Source: Nitrosopumilus sp. | Lineage (GTDB): Archaea; Thermoproteota; Nitrososphaeria; Nitrososphaerales; Nitrosopumilaceae | Reading direction: 5' to 3' | Length of the DNA stretch: 64,000 nucleotides | Assembly: GCA_024644105.1 (NCBI GenBank) | Contig: JAHELP010000001.1 | Span: forward strand, 20,672 to 84,671 | Shown: in pieces, positions 34,218-41,561 of the stretch | Numbering within the stretch: position 1 is the first letter of the stretch | How the letters are laid out: each line of letters starts with the position of its first letter | Notes under the pieces: model-generated | What the model was told of the DNA's origin: nothing | Database searches by the model: none | The model's input: only the letters and a program-made list of their open reading frames with translations | Program-made: the position numbers and the translations under genes

Positions 34218-35999
34218 TTGATATTTGTACAAAGTAAACAAAGAACAAAAATGACAATTTCAATTAATCTTGGTAAAAAGCTAATTTTCTTAGTATTGAT
34301 AGTATCTATTGTAACAATAACAATAACTGGTTTTCTTAGTTTCAACCATGCTGATCAAATTCTCGATAAAAGAACGGGTGAACAATTATTGGGTGAATCA
34401 AATGCAAGAGGAGAAACTTTAAGATTAATTTTTGAATCACGAATTGAGCAAAATAATATTCTTGCAAGTGATCCTATGATTAAATTATTAGTAACAGAAA
34501 TGAATCAGATTCCTGAAAATCAATTAAAAGAAATTAAAGATGAAAATAGAAGGGATTTTTTAATTCAAGTTCAGGCATTTCAAAAATTAATTGGTTTTTC
34601 TATCGGTTTTGAGGATACAAAAATTATAGGTAATAATGGAAAAGTGTTTTTTTCGTTGACTGGTATTTTAAATGAAAATTTTTCTGAAGATGAACTTTTT
34701 CAAAGAGGATTAAAAGAATCGTTTATAGAATTTGAGTCGGCAGAATCCGGTAAAAAAATGATTGTAGTATCACCAATTTTTGCTGATGATAGTAAAAAAG
34801 GAGATAAGCCAATTGGAGTAATTATTTCAAAGATGAGGACAGCATCAATTGATAATATTCTAATCGGTAAAAGTGGATTAGGAGAAACTGGTGAGGTGTA
34901 TATTGTAAATAATGAATCATTAATGTTATCTCAATCCAGATTTTTAGAGGATGTAATATTCAAGCAACAAGTGAATACTCTGGCTGTTCAGAAATGTTTG
35001 GATGAAGGAGAAGATTATTTAGGATTTTATCAAGATTATAGAAATGTTACAATTTATGGATCATCGTATTGTGCAGATGATTTAGGTATAGTACTACTTG
35101 TAGAGATGGATAAAGCAGAAGTAGAAAAACCAGTAGAAATACTTCAGGAAAGAATTTTTGAAACAGGTATTATTATTACTGTAGGAATGGTAATTGCTGC
35201 CTTTCTAATATCAAAATCTCTTTCAAGACCGCTAATCAAATTAAAAAGTGCAGCAAACAAAATTGCAAGCGGGGATTTTGGAGTAAGAACCAATATTACA
35301 ACTGGTGATGAAATCGGGGAATTATCACAAGCATTTGATTCAATGGCACAAAAATTACAAGAATCATTAATTGAGATTAAAGAAAAAGAAGAAGTAATTA
35401 AACAACAAGAAGAAATATTGTTAAAATTTTCTCAACATACTCAAAACGATTGTGTAGGTGTAATTGACATGAAAGATTCTACAAGAATTTCAAGTGAATT
35501 ATCCGATGAGAAGGTTACCAAAATGTATGAAATATTTTTGAATTTTATGGCAAAAATTGTTCGTAACCATAATGGAGAAGTTGTAAAAAATATTGGAGAT
35601 GCTTTGATGTTTAGATTTGGAAATGTTGATCCAAAAAATATTGAAGAAATGAAAAATATTTTGGAATGCTGCCTATCAATGATTGATTCTCATGATGAAT
35701 TAAAAAAACAACTTAATGCAGAAGGTATGCCTGAAATAGATTTCAAGATTAGTGCAACGTATGGATCTGTAAAAGTAGCTGAAAGTACTACTTCAAATAT
35801 TTCAGATATCTTTGGACCTACAGTCAATAAATGTTTCAAGATAAATTCACTTTGTCCAAAAAATAGTGTGGTTGTTGGCATTAATCTATATGAAATTTTG
35901 AAAGATTTAGATGAATACGAATTTACAGAATTTTCTTCTGCTGAATTGAAAGAAAAATATGGTTATAGTATTTTTGAAGTTAAAAGAAGAAAGAATTAG
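34218..35999 (+). CDS. Cache-like sensor / HAMP / class III nucleotidyl-cyclase-like signalling protein
   Basis: 593 aa. TM helix, ~290-aa extracytoplasmic domain, second TM helix, then HAMP ('SRPLIKLKSAANKIASGDFGVRTNITTGDEIGELSQAFDSMAQKL') and a coiled coil. The cyclase-homology region has 'VGVIDMKDSTRIS', 'VKNIGDALMFRFG' and 'GPTVNKCFKI'. The likely true start is ATG 34251. Confidence 0.7.
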   Translation: MIFVQSKQRTKMTISINLGKKLIFLVLIVSIVTITITGFLSFNHADQILDKRTGEQLLGESNARGETLRLIFESRIEQNNILASDPMIKLLVTEMNQIPENQLKEIKDENRRDFLIQVQAFQKLIGFSIGFEDTKIIGNNGKVFFSLTGILNENFSEDELFQRGLKESFIEFESAESGKKMIVVSPIFADDSKKGDKPIGVIISKMRTASIDNILIGKSGLGETGEVYIVNNESLMLSQSRFLEDVIFKQQVNTLAVQKCLDEGEDYLGFYQDYRNVTIYGSSYCADDLGIVLLVEMDKAEVEKPVEILQERIFETGIIITVGMVIAAFLISKSLSRPLIKLKSAANKIASGDFGVRTNITTGDEIGELSQAFDSMAQKLQESLIEIKEKEEVIKQQEEILLKFSQHTQNDCVGVIDMKDSTRISSELSDEKVTKMYEIFLNFMAKIVRNHNGEVVKNIGDALMFRFGNVDPKNIEEMKNILECCLSMIDSHDELKKQLNAEGMPEIDFKISATYGSVKVAESTTSNISDIFGPTVNKCFKINSLCPKNSVVVGINLYEILKDLDEYEFTEFSSAELKEKYGYSIFEVKRRKN

Positions 36000-36056
36000 A
36001 AAAATATTCTATAGTTTCGTATAGATATTTCAGGTATTTTGAGGCTAATTTTATTA

Positions 36057-36431
36057 TTATTGATTACTTTTTTGAGCATCAAGTTTTGCATGGATAAAAT
36101 CAATAATTTTCAAATAATCTGCTCTTGGTTCTGTACTAATTAGAAATAGTTCATTTGTATTAATTGGAATACTAATCATTGAAACTAATTCATATTCTGT
36201 TATTGATGATTTTTCAGAACCAATTTTGTATGCTAAATTTGTGTAAAGATCTCTTTTTTGTAAAGCATAATGAATTGACATGTTTATCTCATCACCAACT
36301 AACATTTTCTCAACATTTTCTTTATGTCCTCCTGCAATCAACTCTCCTTTACTATTTGCAATACCTGCAAATCTCACTTGGGAATCTAAATCAAGTACTT
36401 GTTTTGTTAATTCTTCATAATTGATTGTCAT
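36057..36431 (-). CDS. Roadblock/LC7-like small protein, translationally coupled to amt
   Basis: 124 aa. 'LDSQVRFAGIANSKGELIAGGH' resembles the Roadblock/MglB pattern. Its ATG overlaps the amt stop (ATGA at 36428-36431). Confidence 0.5.
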   Translation of the reverse strand: MTINYEELTKQVLDLDSQVRFAGIANSKGELIAGGHKENVEKMLVGDEINMSIHYALQKRDLYTNLAYKIGSEKSSITEYELVSMISIPINTNELFLISTEPRADYLKIIDFIHAKLDAQKSNQ

Positions 36432-37756
36432 TTTTCATCCTTATCAGATTTCTTTTTGAAAAGTATTTCATCTTTTTCTTCTAATCTATCAGTGTAATCA
36501 TCCATATCCAACAAGAATTCTTCTTCATCTGAGTAAGCAGATTCAGCATGTTCGCTAATGTCCAAACCTATATCTTCCACTTCAGCAGAAACTCGAATTC
36601 CGATTGTGTGTTTTAGAATTTGTAATATGATCCATGTTCCTCCAAAGCCCATCGCTGCTGCAATACCAACACCTACTGCTTGAATCCATAGTTGATCAGG
36701 ATTTCCAAATAACAAACCATCTACCCCTCCAGGATTTATTGCAGTACTTGCAAAGATTCCTATAGCTAATGCACCAACAATTCCTGCAACACCGTGGACA
36801 GAGCTAACATCAAGTGCATCATCAATCTTTAGTTTTTCTTTGAATAACACTACTCCAGAGTATGAAATAACACCAATTGCAATTCCGATAATGAAAGCAT
36901 GTTCAGCACTAACAAATCCTGATGCAGGAGTAATTCCAGCAAGACCTGCAATTGCTCCGTTAATTGTGGCTACAACAGAAGGTTTGCCAGTTCTAATCCA
37001 TGAAAGACCTGCCCAAATTAAAGCAGAAACAGATGATGCCATATGAGTTACAATTACTGTGTTACCAGCTACACCACCTGAAGCAGATAATGCACTTCCT
37101 GCGTTAAAACCAAACCAACCAAGCCATAGCAAAGAAGATCCAAGAACTGCAAGTGGAATACTATGAGGAATCATAATAGCAGGACCATAGTTACGTCGTT
37201 TTCCAAGAACTAGTGCGGCAGCAAGTGCTGCCATTCCAACACTGGTGTGAATTACGATACCACCAGCAAAGTCAACAACACCAAGATCTGATAACCAACC
37301 TCCTCCCCAAACCCAGTGAACAAGTGGATAATAGATTAGCATTGACCATGCTGCAATGAATATGATAAATGAACTGAACTTCATTCTTTCAGCAATTGTT
37401 CCAGTAAGTAAAAGTGGAGTAATTGCTGCAAACATTAATTGAAACTTAACAAACAAGACACCAGGAATTGTTGGGGCATACTGCTCTAATGGAGCATCTG
37501 ATGGAACTCCTTTAAGAAATACCCAATCAAAATTTCCAACTAATCCTGCGGTTGTTTCACCAAAGGAAATACTAAATCCAAATACAAACCACATGACACT
37601 CAAAAGTGCCAATCCAAAAAAGATTTGCATAAAAATTGATGCTGCATTCTTCTTTCTCAAAAGTCCAGATTCAAAAAGACCTAATGCAGGGATCATCAGC
37701 AATACAAGACTACCTGCTACAAGCATCCATGCTGTATCCCCAGAATCTAGAACCAT
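36428..37756 (-). CDS. amt: Ammonium transporter (Amt family) with an acidic C-terminal tail
   Basis: 442 aa with about 11 TM helices. Contains 'VDFAGGIVIHTSVGMAALA', 'WFGFNAGSA' and 'DDALDVSSVHGVAGIVGA'. The C-terminal ~60 aa is rich in D/E. Confidence 0.95.
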   Translation of the reverse strand: MVLDSGDTAWMLVAGSLVLLMIPALGLFESGLLRKKNAASIFMQIFFGLALLSVMWFVFGFSISFGETTAGLVGNFDWVFLKGVPSDAPLEQYAPTIPGVLFVKFQLMFAAITPLLLTGTIAERMKFSSFIIFIAAWSMLIYYPLVHWVWGGGWLSDLGVVDFAGGIVIHTSVGMAALAAALVLGKRRNYGPAIMIPHSIPLAVLGSSLLWLGWFGFNAGSALSASGGVAGNTVIVTHMASSVSALIWAGLSWIRTGKPSVVATINGAIAGLAGITPASGFVSAEHAFIIGIAIGVISYSGVVLFKEKLKIDDALDVSSVHGVAGIVGALAIGIFASTAINPGGVDGLLFGNPDQLWIQAVGVGIAAAMGFGGTWIILQILKHTIGIRVSAEVEDIGLDISEHAESAYSDEEEFLLDMDDYTDRLEEKDEILFKKKSDKDEK

Positions 37757-37795
37757 GATAAAAAATTGAATTTTAAACTAATAACAATGACTAAA

Positions 37796-37828
37796 TTTGA
37801 TTATCATTTGATTATCATTTGATTATCA
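37796..37828. promoter_or_regulatory. Perfect 3 x 11-bp tandem repeat TTTGATTATCA in the amt/PII divergent intergenic region
   Basis: Units at 37796-37806, 37807-37817 and 37818-37828, followed by a partial AAATCA. A TATA-like AAATTATATTTG at about 37837-37848 lies ~29 nt before the PII ATG (37871). Confidence 0.9.
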
Positions 37829-37870
37829 AAATCAGAAATTATATTTGTGTAAATTACATACAATAACTAA

Positions 37871-38200
37871 ATGCTCAAAATTGAAGTCATACTTGGAAAC
37901 AATGATGTTATGGCTATTAGTGAAGGATTAAAAAAAATTGGTATTGGGGGACTTACTGTTTCTAAAGTAAGAGGAAGAGGGAAGAAACCAGGTCCGGAAA
38001 TTCACGCATCTAAAGGAAGTGAAATTTTTGTGCCTCAATTTAGTGAAAAATACAGATTGGAAGCCATAATTTCAGATACGCAAGAAGATGAAGCAATATC
38101 AATTATTAAAAAAAATGGGAGAGTAGGTAAAATCTTTGTTTCTCAAATTTTACGGGCAGTGGATATTGCTACTGATGACGAAGGAGAATCTACAATCTAA
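37871..38200 (+). CDS. PII-family signal protein with a divergent T-loop
   Basis: 109 aa. 'KIEVIL...GLTVSKVRGRGKK...RLEAIISDTQEDEAISII...GKIFVSQI' has the PII beta-alpha-beta topology. The T-loop reads 'GRGKKPGPEIHASKGSEIFVPQF', with no Tyr at the usual modification site. Confidence 0.75.
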   Translation: MLKIEVILGNNDVMAISEGLKKIGIGGLTVSKVRGRGKKPGPEIHASKGSEIFVPQFSEKYRLEAIISDTQEDEAISIIKKNGRVGKIFVSQILRAVDIATDDEGESTI

Positions 38201-38204
38201 AGAT

Positions 38205-38342
38205 ATGAACATGAAGTTTATTCGTAAAAGTAAATTGTTTCATAGAGAAGAGATGAAACCATTAAACTCAAAAGATTTTCTTAAGGTTCTTGTAATTGCA
38301 GGAATCATTGTTATACCACTTCTTGTTGGTTTAGCTGTATGA
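38205..38342 (+). CDS. Micro-ORF encoding a single-TM peptide (45 aa)
   Basis: MNMKFIRKSKLFHREEMKPLNSKDFLKVLVIAGIIVIPLLVGLAV*. This is the ATG-initiated 3' part of track ORF 38136-38342, starting 5 nt after the PII stop. Confidence 0.3.
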   Translation: MNMKFIRKSKLFHREEMKPLNSKDFLKVLVIAGIIVIPLLVGLAV

Positions 38343-38431
38343 AAATATCTAAAATTTGGTTAACTAAGCTGGCACTTGCAATTATTGGAATGACTCTAAT
38401 TGGTTTGTATTTATTCTTACCAACTTTATAA
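38339..38431 (+). CDS. Micro-ORF encoding a single-TM peptide (30 aa)
   Basis: Hand translation: MKISKIWLTKLALAIIGMTLIGLYLFLPTL*. Its ATG overlaps the previous stop (ATGA at 38339-38342). Confidence 0.25.
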   Translation: MKISKIWLTKLALAIIGMTLIGLYLFLPTL

Positions 38432-38434
38432 TAA

Positions 38435-39016
38435 TTAATACTCACCAAAATTATTTTCATAAATAATTGTAGGATTCTTTAGTTGTTTTTCAATTGTTGG
38501 TAAGGATTTCATGATGCAATTATTTACAAAAGCACTGAAAGATTTGATTTGGTAATATTCTCGTAATGTTTCTTTATTGTTTTCATAAATAATTTGTAAT
38601 TTATTGAGAGTAAATTTTTGTAACGGAACAAATCTACTTCGTTTTGGTAATTGTCTTTTTTCTAAATTTTTATCAATTGAGATTTCAAGATCTTGCTCTC
38701 CGTCAAGTGTATCCATATCTACAACTTCCTCCATTTCAGAGACGAAAATTTTTCCTCCATGAATGGTTGATAGTCCAGAATTTTTAGAAATCATTTCAAC
38801 AAGTTTTCTAGCATCTTTATCAGAAACTACCATTTCGATTTTTGCCAATGGTACTGACTTTAAACCAGTAGAACCAACATGTGATCCTTGTGATTCATCA
38901 TAAATATGGCTATCATCTAAATTTCGTTTATCAATTATGTATGTCCCTATTTCATTCAAATTTGTTTTAATTATAGGAAAATTTTTTCGCTTAATTATAG
39001 CCTCTATTTTTTTCAC
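38435..39016 (-). CDS. PII-like domain fused to an uncharacterised ~90-aa C-terminal domain
   Basis: 193 aa. The N-terminal 'MKKIEAIIKR...KIEMVVSDKDARKLVEMISKN...GGKIFVSEMEEVV' is canonical PII framing, but the T-loop is replaced by 'DKRNLDDSHIYDESQGSHVGSTGLKSV'. I recognise no family for residues ~105-193. Confidence 0.65.
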   Translation of the reverse strand: MKKIEAIIKRKNFPIIKTNLNEIGTYIIDKRNLDDSHIYDESQGSHVGSTGLKSVPLAKIEMVVSDKDARKLVEMISKNSGLSTIHGGKIFVSEMEEVVDMDTLDGEQDLEISIDKNLEKRQLPKRSRFVPLQKFTLNKLQIIYENNKETLREYYQIKSFSAFVNNCIMKSLPTIEKQLKNPTIIYENNFGEY

Positions 39017-39090
39017 AAATAAAATTCAGAGAAAGACCCTATTTATCAGAAATGGTTATTTTCAAGGCTAGAATTGGCTTTCAAACCTAA

Positions 39091-40242
39091 TTATTTTTTA
39101 GAAAATCCAAATTTTGATGCCCAACCATGTTTTTGTTTTTTAGATGGTTTCATTGATAGATTATCCAGCATTTCATATGTTATAGTAAATCCATGGCCAA
39201 CCATGGTTGCATCTTTATTGTAATTTTCTTTGTTTGGTACAAATTCATCAGCTAAATCTTTGATTTTTTTAGTTTTTAGATCAAATAATCTAATTTTTTT
39301 ACCATTTTCAAGTTTTATTATTGCATCACCACTTAAACCCTGAATAGAAAAAGTTTCAAAGAATCGAATTGTTCCACCTTTCTTTAGTTCAATTACGGAA
39401 TCATAAGTTAATTTTCCACCATAAAATAAAATTTCTCTTGCAGATATTATTACATCATCTTCTACATTCAAAACAATAACTGAATCAGCTTCAAGTAAAA
39501 CAGTGTCTGCAAGATTTTCTGCAATAATTTTTCCATTTGGTGCTAAAATATGTGTTCGGTGTTCTTGAATTTGAAAAACTCCTACACGTACAGGATCTTC
39601 TACTCTAAATTTTCTACCATAAATATTCCCAACTACTACATTTCCATTATCAACAGTAATTTTTGCACCATTATCAATTTTATATTTATTTTCTAATGGA
39701 TTAATAAATTTGAAATCACCATTTGTTAAATGAATATCTGTTTGAAATTCTTTCGTCCAAGAAGGACTAGTTATACTACCTTGCATAATTATTGAACCAT
39801 CATAACAAAAACTTCCCGCCATGAAATTACCTTTAATAGATAATGCTCCATTAGCTTTTCTTTCTAATTCAATTTCCCCAAGAGTTTTTGAACCAAACAA
39901 TCTAGATGCAGTAGTGTTTGATATATTCAAAGCTGAAGCCCAGTCTTGAGCAATTTTCATTTCTTTAAATAATTCTTGACCTAAAATCTGATTTTTTCTT
40001 CTTACATCTGCCTCAGAATCACCTGAATATACTTTGGAATTTTTTAATTTTTCATAATCAGTCTCTGGATACTTTTTACCAATCTTTAGATCATCATAAG
40101 CTTGTTTAATTTTGATAAATTGTTCATTTTCACCTCCACGATCTGAGTGAAATTGTAGAGCTAATCGTCTAAATGCATCACGAATTTCTTTCTCTGTGGT
40201 ACCTTCAACAATTCCTAAAATATCATAATTACTTTCCACCAC
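39091..40242 (-). CDS. J-domain protein (HPD replaced by HSD) with a beta-strand-rich C-terminal domain
   Basis: 383 aa. J-domain 'YDILGIVEGTTEKEIRDAFRRLALQFHSDRGG...IKQAYDDL'. The C-terminal ~270 aa has repetitive short beta-like segments (ITVDNGNVVVGNIYG, LLEADSVIVLNVEDDVIISA). Confidence 0.7.
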   Translation of the reverse strand: MVESNYDILGIVEGTTEKEIRDAFRRLALQFHSDRGGENEQFIKIKQAYDDLKIGKKYPETDYEKLKNSKVYSGDSEADVRRKNQILGQELFKEMKIAQDWASALNISNTTASRLFGSKTLGEIELERKANGALSIKGNFMAGSFCYDGSIIMQGSITSPSWTKEFQTDIHLTNGDFKFINPLENKYKIDNGAKITVDNGNVVVGNIYGRKFRVEDPVRVGVFQIQEHRTHILAPNGKIIAENLADTVLLEADSVIVLNVEDDVIISAREILFYGGKLTYDSVIELKKGGTIRFFETFSIQGLSGDAIIKLENGKKIRLFDLKTKKIKDLADEFVPNKENYNKDATMVGHGFTITYEMLDNLSMKPSKKQKHGWASKFGFSKK

Positions 40243-40340
40243 AATCTACACCAAAGTTATTTTTTCAAATTCCTATACTTGTAGGTTATTAAACATAGAA
40301 TATCAAGGATGTGAAAAAATGGAAAAAAGTTCAGATTGAA

Positions 40341-40763
40341 CTATTTGACTACTAATACTGGAACTTTTGTTTTGTGCATAACATAATTTGATGTACTTCC
40401 AAGAAATGCCTCTCTGGCTCCACCTAATCCTCTTGCACCAATTACAATCATGTCATACTTTCCTTTTTGTGCAAATTTGACAATTTCTGAGCCAGTATTT
40501 CCACCCCCAGTTTTGTATTTGAAAGTAGCACCAGCTTTTTGAGTCCTATTCATAGCAGGCCCAATAGCCTTTACGGCTTTTTTTTGTGCCTCGTCTTTCA
40601 TTTTTTGAGTATATTTTATTCCGGCAGCTAGAGGTAAATGAAATACATAAAATCCAGTGATTTCTGCATCACTACCTTTTGCAATTTCAATTGCTCTATC
40701 TAATCCTCTCATAGAATTGGATGATCCGTCCAGAGGAACTAGTATTTTTTTGAATTTAGCCAT
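40341..40763 (-). CDS. Universal stress protein (UspA family)
   Basis: 140 aa. Contains 'KKILVPLDGS', 'DMIVIGARGLGG' and 'LGSTSNYVMHKTKVPVLVV'. Confidence 0.85.
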   Translation of the reverse strand: MAKFKKILVPLDGSSNSMRGLDRAIEIAKGSDAEITGFYVFHLPLAAGIKYTQKMKDEAQKKAVKAIGPAMNRTQKAGATFKYKTGGGNTGSEIVKFAQKGKYDMIVIGARGLGGAREAFLGSTSNYVMHKTKVPVLVVK

Positions 40764-40867
40764 ATAAACAAAAAGTATGATTATTCAATATAAAAAACGA
40801 TGATGATTTTCAAGGTTGGGATTCTCCGTTTAAATAAATCAGATCATGTTAATTATAGAAGATACAT

Positions 40868-41551
40868 ATGAAATGGCATTTTGATGATTTTATTTATGGG
40901 TCTATAGATGGTGCAGTTACAACTTTTGCTATTGTTGCAGGTGTAATGGGCGCTTCATTACCTTCTACAATAATTCTAATTCTTGGATTTGCAAATCTAT
41001 TTGCTGATGGATTTGCTATGGCTGTTGGTAGTTATCAAGCAGCAAAGGCAAAAAATGAATTTGTACAAATGAAAAGAAAGCAAGAAGAATGGGAAATAGA
41101 TAATTTAGAAGAACAAGAAAGAGATGAAATCAGAGAAATTTATAGAAAGAAGGGTTTCAAGAATGAGTTGTTAGAAGATGTTGTACGAATAATTACATCA
41201 AAGAGAAAAGTATGGATAGATACAATGATGAAGGAAGAATTAGGATTAATTGAAGATGAAAAAAATCCAATGCATAGTTCTCTAAGTACGTTTGTTGGTT
41301 TTAATCTTGTTGGATTGATTCCATTAATTCCATTTATGATTTTTATGATAATAGGAATTGAATTGTATTCAGAAGCTTTTGTATATTCAATTGTATCTGT
41401 TTGTGCTGCATTTTTTCTTGTTGGAATGATAAAAGGAAAGATTGTAAAAAAATCAAAAATACATTCTGCAATTAATACATTAATCATTGGTGGAATTGCT
41501 GCACTAGTTGCTTATTTAGTAGGATATGGATTGAATTCTCTAGTTTCCTAG
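40868..41551 (+). CDS. VIT1/CCC1-family iron/manganese transporter
   Basis: 227 aa. '[19 protein letters not shown]', an acidic cytoplasmic helix bundle ([20 protein letters not shown]) and C-terminal TM helices. Confidence 0.8.
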   Translation: MKWHFDDFIYGSIDGAVTTFAIVAGVMGASLPSTIILILGFANLFADGFAMAVGSYQAAKAKNEFVQMKRKQEEWEIDNLEEQERDEIREIYRKKGFKNELLEDVVRIITSKRKVWIDTMMKEELGLIEDEKNPMHSSLSTFVGFNLVGLIPLIPFMIFMIIGIELYSEAFVYSIVSVCAAFFLVGMIKGKIVKKSKIHSAINTLIIGGIAALVAYLVGYGLNSLVS

Positions 41552-41561
41552 GATTGTAAGA

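Noticed and set aside
32691-37828. Whether the short tandem repeats at 32691-32730 and 37796-37828 could be CRISPR arrays
   Set aside because: They have only 2-3 contiguous units with no spacers, and the unit lengths (20 and 11 bp) are too short. No cas genes are in the window.
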